DNA of 64,000 bases from Planctomycetota bacterium (GCA_046290465.1 JBKAGP010000001.1:5216001-5280000); one strand, 5' to 3'. Shown: positions 41,443 through 52,319, counted from the first letter of the stretch. Numbers and translations are program-made. The notes: generated from the letters alone by a model not told the origin.

Positions 41443-42831
41443 CTACCGCCAGGTGACCTCGCCGGTCTTCTCGGTATCGAACGCGATCATGTCGGAGCGT
41501 TTGGATCCACCTGGGTGCCGCAGCATGATCTTGCCGGTCGGCTGCGAGAGCCCGGTGATCCGGAAGCGGTGGGGGCCGGACCACAGCCCGCCGTAGACGT
41601 CGAGCCTGAGCCCGCGCGTGACGCCCCTGGGCCTGGACGCCACGTTCCAGGCAAGCTGTGCGGTCGGAGGAAGTCCGACGGAAGGGGCTACCTCCACGGT
41701 GATCGTGTGCGTGCCTACTCCATCGGAGAGCCGCAGCTGCACGTCGGACTCCTGCACCTCGAACGTCTTGGACGACACGACGAACCCCCCTTCGTTCTTC
41801 GAGGTCGCGGTGACCCGGTAGCGTCCGGGAAGGCAGCCTTCTGTGTGCGCGCTACCGCCGACGGGAACGCTGCGCTCTTCGGTCCACGTCGCGACCTCGG
41901 CCCACTGTGCGACGAGCGAGTTCGGTCCCTTGGGATGGAACCGGTAGAGCGCGATCATCGCCGGAGACTGCGCGCCCGGCAGGTCCGAGAGGAGCGTGAT
42001 CGCTCGCGTGGGGGACGCCGCTATCGAGACGCGCAGAGCTGCTCCCGGAGTCGCCACCATCGGGGCGCTCACGGGGATGCCCTTGGTCGTTCCGACGCCC
42101 AGCGTGAGCGTCGTGCGGCCCTGCTTGCCCTCGCTTGCGTGGCCGCTCCAGGCGGGGTGGCTGGGCGTGACGACGACCGGCAGCTCGCACTCGACCAGCG
42201 CGCAGATCCGTGCGCCCGACGGGATGCGGACCTTCTCGCCGATCCTTGCGGTCGCGACGGTGGTCTCTGCGCTGCCCGGCGGCAGCCTGCGTGTGCGCTG
42301 CCACTCGGCCGCGACGCGCGGCGTGATGGAGTCGGACGCCACCAGTCGGATCGATATCCCGGCTGCCGCGACGGCGCTCTCCTTCGACAGGTCGGCTTCG
42401 AACGTCCCGAAGCAATCCAGCGACAGGGAATCGACCGAGGCGTCGATCGTCGCCGTGACGGGGGCGAACCAGTCGCCTTCCGCTGGCGTGAGGGAGACGC
42501 GTTCGGCGGGCAGCTCGATCCGGCCGTTCGCCGAGGTCTCCGCCGTCCGATGTGCGTTGTGGTCCGTCGTGACCAGTAGGCGTCGGCCTGCCAGCGGCTG
42601 CCTTGTCGCCGCGTCCAGCAGCAGGACCGCGCGCAGGCGCGCTGGCGCCTGCTGACGTGTTGCAGGTGTGGAGGCGGTCGTGGTCTGATTCGCCTGGTCG
42701 GGTTCGATGTCGGGTGCGCCGCCAGCCGCCGCCGGCACCGGGGCCGGCGGCTCCTCTGGCTGCACGAACCACCACACCGTCGCGGTAGCGGCGACGAGCG
42801 CGACGGCGAACAGGGGCATGCGCATGTTCAT
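41443..42831 (-). CDS. Hypothetical membrane-anchored beta-sandwich protein
   Basis: N-terminal TM, LLDAATRQPLAG and LPGRYRV carboxypeptidase-regulatory-like motifs; codon usage less biased than neighbours. Confidence 0.6.
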   Translation of the reverse strand: MNMRMPLFAVALVAATATVWWFVQPEEPPAPVPAAAGGAPDIEPDQANQTTTASTPATRQQAPARLRAVLLLDAATRQPLAGRRLLVTTDHNAHRTAETSANGRIELPAERVSLTPAEGDWFAPVTATIDASVDSLSLDCFGTFEADLSKESAVAAAGISIRLVASDSITPRVAAEWQRTRRLPPGSAETTVATARIGEKVRIPSGARICALVECELPVVVTPSHPAWSGHASEGKQGRTTLTLGVGTTKGIPVSAPMVATPGAALRVSIAASPTRAITLLSDLPGAQSPAMIALYRFHPKGPNSLVAQWAEVATWTEERSVPVGGSAHTEGCLPGRYRVTATSKNEGGFVVSSKTFEVQESDVQLRLSDGVGTHTITVEVAPSVGLPPTAQLAWNVASRPRGVTRGLRLDVYGGLWSGPHRFRITGLSQPTGKIMLRHPGGSKRSDMIAFDTEKTGEVTWR

Positions 42832-42934
42832 CGATGCAGGCGGACTCTCGGAATGCGGCTAGGGCGTGACGTTCTGGATCCAAGCGGCCGTGCAGACCTC
42901 GGCGGTGGCGGCGGCCGATCGGGTGGCTTGCCGC

Positions 42935-44470
42935 CTAGAACCGCTTGAACTCGCCGCCGTTCTCGCTGGCGAGCTGGCGCAGGAACGTCTCGTTCAGGTT
43001 CTTGCCGATCGCGATCGAGTGGATGGTGACGCGCTTGAGCGGGTTCCAGGCCCGCACCGCGACCAGGATCTTCTCGGTCGAGTCGAGGCTGCCGTCGGGC
43101 CTGGTGGGCGAGCCGTCGGTCAGCAGGAAGATCGTGTCGAGCTCGGTGCCGTAGTACTTGTCGTGCACGCCGCGGCCGGCGAGCCCGAAGCCCATCTCGA
43201 GCGAGTCGTGGATGTTGGTGCTCGACGCGTGCGTCAGGCCGCGCACGAACTCCTGCGCCTTCTCGACGTTGGCCGGCGACGCCGGCAGCATCTTCTCCTC
43301 CCAGAAGTGCGGCAGGTCGTTGTACCAGAGGATCGCGAACTTCTGGGTCGGCTGCAGCTTGCCGAGGCCGCGGATCAGTTCGGTCTTGCACGCCTCCATG
43401 CGGGTCGTGTCGCCGGTGCCGCCCTTGCGCTGGACCGGTGCGCGCATCGAACCGGAGCAGTCGATGACGTAGAGGATCGACTTGCTGTCGGCCTGCGGGA
43501 TGCCGAAGTAGTAGTTGTCGTTGGTCTTCTTGCGGTGGCTCGGCGTGCCCTGGCCGAGCTCGCGGCCGCTCGAACGGAACCCGATCTTCTCGGCCTTCCA
43601 CCACGCCGTCCACGCGCCGATGTTGTCGCCGTGCTGCTCGCCGGTGAGCACCTCGAGAGCGGCGGCGACGCGCAGCTTCATCTGGCCGGTGCTGCGCGAC
43701 AGCAGCGTGATCATCGGCCCGACCGCTTCGGGCACCGCGATCTTGGCGAGGGCGAGGGCGGCGCGTTCGGCCACCACGTCCTCCTTGCTCGACAGCAGCT
43801 TGATCACCGGCGTCGCGTGCACGCGCGCGGTCTCGCCGGCGAGCGCCATCGCGTCGAGCAGCACGACCTGCTCGGCCGGCTTCCGCGCGCGCGTGATCGC
43901 GGTCGCGAGCTCTTCGATCACCTCGTCCGATGCGCCGCCGATGGCGCGACCGGCGGCGAGGCGCAGCGGCAGGTCCGACTTCTTGCTGCCGGTGACCTTC
44001 TTGAGCAGGTAGAGCGCGCTGTCGCGACGCCGCAGGTCGGCGATGCGGTTGCCGAGCTGTTGCTGCAGGTCACGCAGCCCGTCGCACTGCTGGCGGAGCT
44101 CGGCGAGCAGCGGCTTGAGTTCGTTGAAGCGCTTGTGCTTGTTCTGCGGCAGCGTGCGGCGCGCGCTCGCTTCCTGGCCCTTGATCAGCTCTGCCATCTC
44201 GGCGCGATACTGGTTGCGCAGCTCGTCGAGCGCGGTCAGCTCCTCGGAGAGCCCGGCCCAGCCGGCGACCAGCGTCGCCGCGACCTTGCCCGAGTCGAGG
44301 CCCTCGGTCGCCTGCAGCGCGGCCTTCTTGTCCGCCAGCGGCGCGCCGGGCTTGTTGCCCTTGGGGGCGGCGAACGCCTTCTTGAACGTGGACAGAACGC
44401 GGGCTTCGTCCTGCGCCGGGAGGGACGCAGAGGCGAGCGCCAGCACGAGGATGGTCAGCGTGCGCAGCAT
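42935..44470 (-). CDS. Secreted HEAT-repeat + VWA domain protein
   Basis: Signal MLRTLTILVLALASASLPA-Q; HEAT repeats; MIDAS DCSGS...T...LLTDG. Confidence 0.85.
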   Translation of the reverse strand: MLRTLTILVLALASASLPAQDEARVLSTFKKAFAAPKGNKPGAPLADKKAALQATEGLDSGKVAATLVAGWAGLSEELTALDELRNQYRAEMAELIKGQEASARRTLPQNKHKRFNELKPLLAELRQQCDGLRDLQQQLGNRIADLRRRDSALYLLKKVTGSKKSDLPLRLAAGRAIGGASDEVIEELATAITRARKPAEQVVLLDAMALAGETARVHATPVIKLLSSKEDVVAERAALALAKIAVPEAVGPMITLLSRSTGQMKLRVAAALEVLTGEQHGDNIGAWTAWWKAEKIGFRSSGRELGQGTPSHRKKTNDNYYFGIPQADSKSILYVIDCSGSMRAPVQRKGGTGDTTRMEACKTELIRGLGKLQPTQKFAILWYNDLPHFWEEKMLPASPANVEKAQEFVRGLTHASSTNIHDSLEMGFGLAGRGVHDKYYGTELDTIFLLTDGSPTRPDGSLDSTEKILVAVRAWNPLKRVTIHSIAIGKNLNETFLRQLASENGGEFKRF

Positions 44471-44574
44471 CGGTGGGAGGGGGCGGCAGAAGAGTGTGCC
44501 GCCGGTGGGGGGCGGCGTGCAACCCCCGGACGCCGTCGGTCGCCGTGCTGGCCCGCACCGGGTCGGCGGCGCGC

Positions 44575-46077
44575 TCAGCGGGCCGGGCCGCGATCGGTGA
44601 TGTGCACCAGCCCGCGCAGCAGCACCAGGATCGGGATGATCTCGAGGCGTCCGATCCACATCACCGCGATCAGCGTGACTTCGACCGTGGTCGGCATGTC
44701 GTGCGACGTGATGCCCGCCGACAGCCCGACGTTGGCCTGCGCCGAGACGGCCTCGAAGATGACGGCGTCGAGGCCGAAGCCGCTCTCGGGGTCGAGGCTC
44801 GCAAGCATCACGAAGCCGGCGACCACCGCGATGCCGATCCACAGCGCCACGAACAGGGTGGCGCGCGCGACCATCCGGTTGGCCTCGTCGGCGCGCACCG
44901 TGTTGCGGTCGAAGTGGTAGGCGAGCACCTGGTCGGGGAGCTTGAGGAACCGGCGTACCTCCCAGCGCACTCCCTGCACGATCATCCACATCCGGTACTG
45001 CTTCATGCCGCCGCCGGTCGAGCCGGCGGCGGCACCGATCGACATGCCCGCGACCAGCAGCAGCAGCGCCAGCGTGCCGTCGCTGTCCGACGGCGCGACC
45101 GACAGGCCGGCGGTCGCGACCGCGGAGGACCACTGGAACAGCGTGCGTTCGAACAGCGCGACGCCGCCGTCGCTCGCGGTCGAGGTCCATGCAAACAGCG
45201 CCGCGCCTACGATCGTCACCGCCACCACGCCACGGGTCTGCAGGTCGCGCAGCGGTTCGCGCAGGTCGCGGTCGTGGATCATGCGGAAGTAGACGCCGAA
45301 GCTGACCGCTCCGGCGAGCATCACCGCGACCGCGACCAGCCTCGGCGCCCGGCCGTAGCTCGCGAAGCTGTCGTCGGTGACCGAGAAGCCGCCGGTCGAG
45401 ACCGCGGTCAGGCCGTGGTTGAGCGCGTGCCACCACGGCAGCCCGGCCAGCCACAGCGCGAGCACCGCCAGGATGCTCATCAAAAGGAACAGCTTCCAGA
45501 TCGCGCGGGCGGTCGCGCTGACCGTCGGCAGCAGCTTGCGCGAGCGGGCCTCGGAGTAGTAGAGACGGTAGAAGCCGCTCTTCGATTCGAGCACCGTCAG
45601 CATCAGCGCGATCACGCCGATGCCGCCGACCCACTGCGACAGCGTGCGCCACCAGAGCAGGCCGGTGGGCAGTTCGCTGGTCGTGGGGGCGACCGACAGG
45701 CCGGTGCCGGTGAAGCCCGAGAACGATTCGAACAGCGCGTGCAGTGGCCGCGCCAGTTCGCGCACGCTGGCGTTGGCGCCGTCGGTCGGCTGCAGCAGGA
45801 ACGGCAGCGCGCCGACCGCGGGGATCAGCAGCCAGGCGATCGCGGCGGTCAGCATCGCGTGGTGCATGCGGGTGGCGCCGCCGTTCCTGGTCAGCCAGTA
45901 GCCGAGCTGGCCGAGCGCCAGGGCGACGGCGGCGGCCACCGCGAGCCCCGGCGGGCTGGTGTCGTCGCCGGTCAGCCAGCAGACCGGCAGCGTCACCGCG
46001 GCCATCAGGGCCGGCACGTGCATCAGCAGCGAAACGTCGCGCACGACGATCGGCAGGCCGCGTTCGAATCCCCTCAT
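44575..46077 (-). CDS. trkH: Trk-type K+ uptake membrane protein
   Basis: FESFSGFTGTG, QWVGGIG, STGGF, GSTGGGMK, MWIGRLEI. Confidence 0.93.
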   Translation of the reverse strand: MRGFERGLPIVVRDVSLLMHVPALMAAVTLPVCWLTGDDTSPPGLAVAAAVALALGQLGYWLTRNGGATRMHHAMLTAAIAWLLIPAVGALPFLLQPTDGANASVRELARPLHALFESFSGFTGTGLSVAPTTSELPTGLLWWRTLSQWVGGIGVIALMLTVLESKSGFYRLYYSEARSRKLLPTVSATARAIWKLFLLMSILAVLALWLAGLPWWHALNHGLTAVSTGGFSVTDDSFASYGRAPRLVAVAVMLAGAVSFGVYFRMIHDRDLREPLRDLQTRGVVAVTIVGAALFAWTSTASDGGVALFERTLFQWSSAVATAGLSVAPSDSDGTLALLLLVAGMSIGAAAGSTGGGMKQYRMWMIVQGVRWEVRRFLKLPDQVLAYHFDRNTVRADEANRMVARATLFVALWIGIAVVAGFVMLASLDPESGFGLDAVIFEAVSAQANVGLSAGITSHDMPTTVEVTLIAVMWIGRLEIIPILVLLRGLVHITDRGPAR

Positions 46078-46490
46078 CGAGGCTGGTCGCGTTCGCGTTC
46101 GGCCAGCTTCAACAGGTGCCGCGCCACCAGTTCCTCGGGCTCGAGCATCACCCGGACGCCCAGGCGCTCGAACATCTCGCGGTGGCCCTTGTCATTGACG
46201 ACCGCGACCAGCGAGTCGATGCCGAGGTCGCGGGCCATCACGATCGCCATCAGGTTCTGGGCGTCGTCGCCGGTGGTCGCGATCAGCACGTCGGTCTCGG
46301 CGGCGCCCGCCTGGTCCATGATGTCGGCGTCCGTGATGCTGGCGTTGAGCACCAGCGCGTCGCAGCTCTCGGCGACCGGCTCCGCCGCCGACATCTCCGG
46401 CTCGATCACGACGACGGAGTGGCCTGCTTCGCAGCAGACCGCTGCGAGGCGCGCGCCGACGACGCCGGCTCCGACGACGATGATCTTCAT
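46074..46490 (-). CDS. trkA: Single-domain TrkA-N (RCK) K+ transport regulator
   Basis: IIVVGAGVVG, ATTGDDAQN; 138 aa; ATGA coupling to trkH. Confidence 0.85.
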   Translation of the reverse strand: MKIIVVGAGVVGARLAAVCCEAGHSVVVIEPEMSAAEPVAESCDALVLNASITDADIMDQAGAAETDVLIATTGDDAQNLMAIVMARDLGIDSLVAVVNDKGHREMFERLGVRVMLEPEELVARHLLKLAERERDQPR

Positions 46491-46518
46491 GGCGGCCGAC
46501 CATAGCAGCGGCTCGGCG

Positions 46519-46576
46519 ATGCAGATCGCGCATTCCGTGCAACGCGGAGGTGTCGCGGTTTGCAGAAGTTGCAAAC
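46519..46576. promoter_or_regulatory. Two TGCA-N5-(T/C)GCA palindromes, candidate sigma54-activator binding sites
   Basis: ATGCAGATCGCGCAT (46519-46533) and GTTTGCAGAAGTTGCAAAC (46558-46576), 41 bp apart. Confidence 0.5.
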
Positions 46577-46639
46577 GAGAGGGGGCGCGCGCGACGGCTG
46601 CCCGGGGAGCCCGCCCGGGAGCGCGCGGTTCCCCGATCC

Positions 46640-46654
46640 TGGCATGGTGGTTGC
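46640..46654 (+). promoter_or_regulatory. Sigma54 -24/-12 promoter
   Basis: TGGCATGGTGGTTGC = GG-N10-GC with TGGCA/TTGC consensus, upstream of the BON gene. Confidence 0.65.
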
Positions 46655-46783
46655 GGCCTCTGCGGCATGCGTTGCACCACGCATCCAGACGTTCCGCTCG
46701 AGCTGGCTCCGAGTCGCGGACCGCCGCGTTCGTGAGCGCTCCGCTCGCATTCCCAGCAACCCCGACCCCGAAACGAATCCACC

Positions 46784-48427
46784 ATGAGCTTCGACAAGTT
46801 CCTCTCCCTCCGCCCCATCACCCTGACCGCAGCCGCCATCGCCGCGGCCGCCACAATGGCCCGCGCCCAGGACGCGCGACCTACCGACGCGCGCATCTCG
46901 GAAGCCGTCGAGAGCGAGGTCGCGACTGACACCAGCATCCCGGCGGCGCTGCTGTGGGTGACGACCGACGACGGCATCGTCCGGATGACCGGCATCAGCG
47001 ACGACGTGCGCGCCCGGGATCGCGCGGCGGCGATCGCACGGACCGTGCGCGGCGTGCGCGCGGTCGTCAACGACATCCAGGTGGTCCCGCCCGAGTCGGT
47101 CACCACCGCACAGCTGCAGCGCCACGTCGACGCGGCGATCGAGGCCGACGCCGTGACCGAGGCGTTCGAACTCGACGCACGGGTCGAGAACGGCGGCAAG
47201 GTCGTGCTGGCCGGCAAGACCCAGTCGTGGGCCGAGCGCCAGCTCGCGGCCGACGTGGTCAAGGGCGTCGACGGCGTGACCAGCGTGAGCAACCGCATCG
47301 AGGTGGACCCGCCGACGGTGCGCGACGACGAAGAACTCCGCGAGGAGGTCGTCGGCCGTCTGCGCTGGGACGTGCTCGTCGACCCGGCTGCGATCGAGGT
47401 CACGTGCGACAAGGGCGTGGTCACGCTCAAGGGCGCGGTCGGCAGTGCCGCCGAGCGCCTGCAGGCGATCCACGACGCCGAGGTGCTCGGGGTGCGGCGC
47501 GTCGAAGCCGACGAGCTGCAGGTCGCGGCCTGGGCGACCGACGACATGCAGCGACCGGCGCGCAACGTCGTGCGCACGCCGGAGCAGATCCAGAGCGCGC
47601 TCGGCGCGGCGTTCCGCTTCGACCCGCGCGTCGCGGCGTTCGCGATCGAGCCCGAGGTCGACGGCAGCCGGGTCACGCTGCGGGGCGCGGTCGGCACGCT
47701 GCAGGCGCGTCGTGCGGCCGAACAGGACGCGCACAACACGGTCGGCGTCGAGCGCGTCGTCAACCGCCTGCGCGTGGTGCCCGGCAAGCGGCGTCCACCC
47801 GAAGAGCTGGTCGCCGACGTCACCGCGGCGATCGCGCGCGCATCCGACCTCGACACCGATGACCTGGACGTGCAGGCGCGCAACGGCATCGTGCGCATCA
47901 CCGGCCGCGTCGACTCCAACGTCGAACGGGCGCGCGTCGACCACGTCGCCGCCGGCGTGCGCGGCGTGATCGACGTCGAGAACCGCCTTGCGGTGCGCGA
48001 CGACCGCGTCGTGCCGTTCTCGCCCTACGTCGACGCCTACCCCGTCTACGGCTTCCGCTGGTACGGGCCGCGACTCGTGCACGTGGTGCGCTCCGACGAG
48101 GAGATCGCGCGCCAGTTCGAGCTGGAGGCGTGGTGGAGTCCGTATGTGACGTCGACCCGCGTCACGGCGCTGGTCGAGGACGGGGTCGCCACGCTGCGCG
48201 GCAAGGTCGCGACGCGCCTGGAGCGCCAGGCGGCGATCGAGAACGCGTTCGACGCCGGCGCGGTCTGGGTGCTCGACCACACCAAGCTGGAGCCGAACGC
48301 CTGGGAGCAGGCCGGGGACGGCAGCGAGGAAGTTGACTCCGACGCAGGGGACTCCGACGAAGGGGACGAGAGGGCCGAGCGGGAAGATGCTTCCGGTGAG
48401 GCCGACGACGGCCGCGCGCCGAAGTAG
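46784..48427 (+). CDS. Secreted multi-BON-domain protein
   Basis: Signal peptide; about 6-7 repeats of D..I...GxV.L.G...GV..V.N.I; acidic tail. Confidence 0.9.
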   Translation: MSFDKFLSLRPITLTAAAIAAAATMARAQDARPTDARISEAVESEVATDTSIPAALLWVTTDDGIVRMTGISDDVRARDRAAAIARTVRGVRAVVNDIQVVPPESVTTAQLQRHVDAAIEADAVTEAFELDARVENGGKVVLAGKTQSWAERQLAADVVKGVDGVTSVSNRIEVDPPTVRDDEELREEVVGRLRWDVLVDPAAIEVTCDKGVVTLKGAVGSAAERLQAIHDAEVLGVRRVEADELQVAAWATDDMQRPARNVVRTPEQIQSALGAAFRFDPRVAAFAIEPEVDGSRVTLRGAVGTLQARRAAEQDAHNTVGVERVVNRLRVVPGKRRPPEELVADVTAAIARASDLDTDDLDVQARNGIVRITGRVDSNVERARVDHVAAGVRGVIDVENRLAVRDDRVVPFSPYVDAYPVYGFRWYGPRLVHVVRSDEEIARQFELEAWWSPYVTSTRVTALVEDGVATLRGKVATRLERQAAIENAFDAGAVWVLDHTKLEPNAWEQAGDGSEEVDSDAGDSDEGDERAEREDASGEADDGRAPK

Positions 48428-48444
48428 TCGCGCCGCAGCTACGG

Positions 48445-50094
48445 TCAGCGCTTCGCGATGCCGGGCACCATCCCGGCGTCGCCGGTCAGCTGCCAGTGGA
48501 TCAGCGACACCGGGATGACCCCGCAGGCGTTGAGATCCGCGAAGAAGTCGCGCAGCGCGAACGGCTCGCCGAGCTGTTCGCGCTGCTGCGCGTAGGCGGC
48601 GAGCAGCCGTTCGATCAGGTATTTGCCGGTCACGTAGCTGGTGCCGTAGCCGGGTTGCCGCAGGTAGAGGTGCTGTTCGAACCGCAGCAGGTCCGGCTCG
48701 CGCTTCATCCAGCCGCGCGGCGTCCAGTCGACGTGGATCGTGCCGGCATCCGCCATCGTCATCTCGTTGGCGTGGGCGCGCAGGGAGCCGAGCCCGCGCG
48801 CTGCGCGCTGCGCCAGCATGATCCAGACGATCTCGCGTGAGCGCGGTCGATCGTCATAGAGACCGGCGTGCATGAACATCTCCTCGACGCCGGTCGCGAG
48901 GCCCTCGGCGCGGCTGTCGAAGATGTTGTAGAGCAGCGGGCGCCGCCGCAGCGGGCTCGCATGCGGCGTGTCGCGCATGCGCGCCAGGTCCCACCAGTGG
49001 TAGAAGTGCGTGTAGAGCGACACCGGGTCGAAGTGCATCGCGATGGCGAAGAAGTTGCGCTGCCCGGCCGGCACGAACGACCCCATGTGCGCGCGCAGCG
49101 CCGGCTCCATGTTGGCCGTGACCGGCATCACCTGTTGCTCGTCGACGAACCTGAGGATGCGGCGCACGCCCTCGTCGGCGCGCGCCGCGTATTCGGCGGG
49201 CGTCGCCGCCGCCTCGGCCACGGGCAGCGAACGGTTGCGGTGCTCTTCGAGCCGCAGGTTGGTCCACGCGCGGTCGAGTTCGCGCTGCAGCAGGCGCTGC
49301 TCGTCCTCCCACGTCATCGGCACCAGGTGCACGTTCTGCAGATACCACGTGTAGTCGTCCTTGCCGATGCCCGACGGGCCGGTCTTCGTCGGCGCCTGCT
49401 CATTGAGCCAGCCGACGAACGCCTGCGTCGCCTTCTGCGCCGCGGCCAGGGCCTGCTTCAGCGGCTCGCTGGCGTCGCCGCCGATCTGGCCGCCGAGCAT
49501 GCGCAGCGCGGTTGCCTGCTGGCGCATCGTGCGCGTGCCGGCGACCCAGAGGTCGCGCGCGTCGCCGGTCAGGTTGCCGCGCGCCTGCTCCAGCAGCGGC
49601 GGGATGGTCGCCAGCTCCTCGGTCAAGAGCTGCTGCTCGGCCGTCGACAGCGGGAAGTCGTAGGTCCAGACCTCGACCAGCGCGTGGTTGCACGGCCCTT
49701 CGTGCGCCGGCGTGTCGCTCTGGTAGGTCCACACCTGCTGGTAGAACGCCGGGTCGCGCTGCCACGGCCGCAGCACGCGGCAGTCGAAGTCGAAGCCGTT
49801 GAGTTCGGCGCGGCACAGGTGCCAGTCGACCTGTTGCGCCACCGGCCAGCCGGTCGGGTCGATCGCGTGCAGGCGATCGTGCAGCGTGCGCCAGCGTTCG
49901 TGCGCGGCGGCCATGCGCGCAGCGGTGTAGTCCGGGGCGCCGTCGCGCAGCGGCGGCTGCTCGAACGCGCGCCAGTCCTCGAACAGCTGCACCAGGTCGC
50001 GGTAGTCGTCGGAGCGCTTCGCGGGGACGGCGGCGCAGCCGCACAGCAGAGCGGCCGACGTCAGGAGCAGGGAGATGCGGAGACCGGCGGGCAT
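48445..50094 (-). CDS. DUF885 family lipoprotein
   Basis: Lipobox [29 protein letters not shown]. Confidence 0.8.
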   Translation of the reverse strand: MPAGLRISLLLTSAALLCGCAAVPAKRSDDYRDLVQLFEDWRAFEQPPLRDGAPDYTAARMAAAHERWRTLHDRLHAIDPTGWPVAQQVDWHLCRAELNGFDFDCRVLRPWQRDPAFYQQVWTYQSDTPAHEGPCNHALVEVWTYDFPLSTAEQQLLTEELATIPPLLEQARGNLTGDARDLWVAGTRTMRQQATALRMLGGQIGGDASEPLKQALAAAQKATQAFVGWLNEQAPTKTGPSGIGKDDYTWYLQNVHLVPMTWEDEQRLLQRELDRAWTNLRLEEHRNRSLPVAEAAATPAEYAARADEGVRRILRFVDEQQVMPVTANMEPALRAHMGSFVPAGQRNFFAIAMHFDPVSLYTHFYHWWDLARMRDTPHASPLRRRPLLYNIFDSRAEGLATGVEEMFMHAGLYDDRPRSREIVWIMLAQRAARGLGSLRAHANEMTMADAGTIHVDWTPRGWMKREPDLLRFEQHLYLRQPGYGTSYVTGKYLIERLLAAYAQQREQLGEPFALRDFFADLNACGVIPVSLIHWQLTGDAGMVPGIAKR

Positions 50095-50126
50095 GCAGCC
50101 GTTCTAGCGAACCGGGCGCCGCACGC

Positions 50127-52313
50127 TCAGCGGGGCTTGTCCCGAAGGTGTCGCTCGAAGTGCGCGACCAGCTTGCCCAGCAGGTAGCGGGCGTAGTGGG
50201 GGCGACCGGTCCAGCCGTGCGTGGCCAGCGGCGCGAACGCGAAGTCGAAGTCCTTGCCGGCGCGCATCAGCGCTTCGGCCAGGTCGACCACCGTCTTGAA
50301 CGGCACGATCTGGTCCTGCATGCCGTGGATCAGCAGCAGCGGGTCCTCGAGGTTGGCGGCGTACTGCGCCGCGCCGCGCGTGAACACCTCGGGGTGGGTG
50401 TCCGGCCGGCGCACGATCGCGACGTCGTCGCCGCCGAAGAAGTGCGGGTCGACCGCGGCCGCGCAGGCGACGCCGGCGTCGAACAGGCCGGGCTTCTTCA
50501 GCAGCGAGTAGGCGGTCAGCGTGCCGCCGTAGCTGCTGCCCCAGATGCCGATGCCGTCCGGGTCCACGTACGGCAGGCTCTCCAGGTAGGCGACGGCGCT
50601 GGCGAGGTCCTCGAGGTCGCGGCCGGCGAAGTCGCCGAGGAACTGCTCGCGGAACGCGCGGCCGTAGCCGGTGCTGCCGCGCACGTCGACCTGCACGACG
50701 AGGAAGCCCTTCTGCACCAGCAGCTGCTGCAGCAGCCCGTAGCGGCCGCCCCAGCGGTTGCGCACGGTGTTGGAGTAGACCGGGCCGAAGATCACCGGAT
50801 GCCGCCGCGCGCGGTCGAGGCCGACCGGCTCGAAGATCTTCGCGTGCAGCGTCGCGTCGTCGCTGAGGCTCGGGAACGTCACGTAGCGCGGCTCGCTCCA
50901 GCTCCGCTCGGCGAACGACGCCGGCGTCGACGTCGTCATCCGGACCTCCTTGCCGCCGGGCTCGGTCTGCAGGTAGAGCTCCGGCGGCTGCGTGTCGCTG
51001 CTGCGCAGGAACGCGAGCATGCGGCCGTTCGGCGACGGGGAGGCGCGGTGCTCGCCAGGCTGCCGCGTCCACTTCTGGATGTCACCGGTCAGCGTCGTGC
51101 TGCAGATCTGGCGGTCGTACGGGCTCGACCAGTTCGACTCGTAGAAGATCGCGCCGCTGTCGGTGACGGTCAGGCCACCGAGCACGTCGGAGTCGGGGTC
51201 GGTCAGCAGGCGCGGCTTCGGGTCGTCGACGTCGAGCGCGTAGAGGCCGTAGCGATCGCCGAGGTCCGACAGCACGATCACGTGCTCGCCGTCCGGGTGC
51301 CACGCCGAGTCGCAGGTCGTGTAGACGCGGCTCTCGCGGCGATGGCGCCACAGCAGTCGCGGCTGGTCCTGGCCCTTCTCGAGCACGAACAGGGACCGCT
51401 CGACCGCGGTGTCCGACTCGCAGTCGATCAGCAGGTCGCCCTGCCTGGACCAGCTCAGCGCGGCGATGCGCGTCTCGGCCGGCTCGGGCAGGTCGAGCAT
51501 CTTGAGCGCGCCGGTCGCGACGTCGAGCACGCCGACGCGACGGCTCTCGTTGGGGTCGCCCGGATAGCTGCGGCGCACGGGGTTGGGGTCGGTCTCCTCG
51601 CCGAGGTAGTTCGGGAACGGCACCTGCCGGACGTTGGTCCGGTCGACCATGTGCACCGCGATCCGCGCGCCGTTCGGGGCCCACACGTAGGTCGGGCCGC
51701 CCCAGATGTACGAGCCGACCTCGACCTCGTTGCGGCGGTAGCGCCCCGCTCGGACCTTGGACAGCGGTGCGCGTCCAACGTCGGTGAGTTGGCGCGTCTG
51801 CTTGCTGCGCAGATCGGTGACCCACAGGTCGCCGTCCTTGCGGAACGCGAGGTGGCTCTGGTCGGGGGAGAAGCGCACGTCGGACGCGCCGCGCGGGATC
51901 GGCGCGAGCTCCGTCTTGGCGTCGCCTTCGAAGCTCATCGCCAAGGCACTGGAGCTACCCGTGTAGTAGATGGCGGCGCCGTCGTCGCTCCAGGTCACGG
52001 CGCCGACGCCGTTCTCCGTGATCGACCCGATCGGAGGGGCTTCGGGCGTGCTGCCAGGCTCGGGCAGGATCCACAGCCTCGACCGTCCGCCGTCCGGCCC
52101 GGCCCATCGGAACAAGAACCGATGGCTCTGCGGATCCCACCCGACCAGCGACGGCGACGAGCCGGTGACCGCGCGGCTCGCGAGCACGTCGTCGAGGGTC
52201 AGCGTCGGTCCGTCCGGTCCGTTCCCAACGGCGCGGGCGTCGGCGTCAATAGGCGGGGAGAACGTGCAGCCGCTCGCGAGAAGCGTTGCCAGGAGGGCGC
52301 CGGCGGTTCGCAT
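50127..52313 (-). CDS. S9 family (DPP IV-like) peptidase, lipoprotein
   Basis: Lipobox ASGC; propeller with YPG..N; RGSTGYG, WGSSYGG, IHGMQD, His in THGW. Confidence 0.93.
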   Translation of the reverse strand: MRTAGALLATLLASGCTFSPPIDADARAVGNGPDGPTLTLDDVLASRAVTGSSPSLVGWDPQSHRFLFRWAGPDGGRSRLWILPEPGSTPEAPPIGSITENGVGAVTWSDDGAAIYYTGSSSALAMSFEGDAKTELAPIPRGASDVRFSPDQSHLAFRKDGDLWVTDLRSKQTRQLTDVGRAPLSKVRAGRYRRNEVEVGSYIWGGPTYVWAPNGARIAVHMVDRTNVRQVPFPNYLGEETDPNPVRRSYPGDPNESRRVGVLDVATGALKMLDLPEPAETRIAALSWSRQGDLLIDCESDTAVERSLFVLEKGQDQPRLLWRHRRESRVYTTCDSAWHPDGEHVIVLSDLGDRYGLYALDVDDPKPRLLTDPDSDVLGGLTVTDSGAIFYESNWSSPYDRQICSTTLTGDIQKWTRQPGEHRASPSPNGRMLAFLRSSDTQPPELYLQTEPGGKEVRMTTSTPASFAERSWSEPRYVTFPSLSDDATLHAKIFEPVGLDRARRHPVIFGPVYSNTVRNRWGGRYGLLQQLLVQKGFLVVQVDVRGSTGYGRAFREQFLGDFAGRDLEDLASAVAYLESLPYVDPDGIGIWGSSYGGTLTAYSLLKKPGLFDAGVACAAAVDPHFFGGDDVAIVRRPDTHPEVFTRGAAQYAANLEDPLLLIHGMQDQIVPFKTVVDLAEALMRAGKDFDFAFAPLATHGWTGRPHYARYLLGKLVAHFERHLRDKPR

Positions 52314-52319
52314 GGGCGG

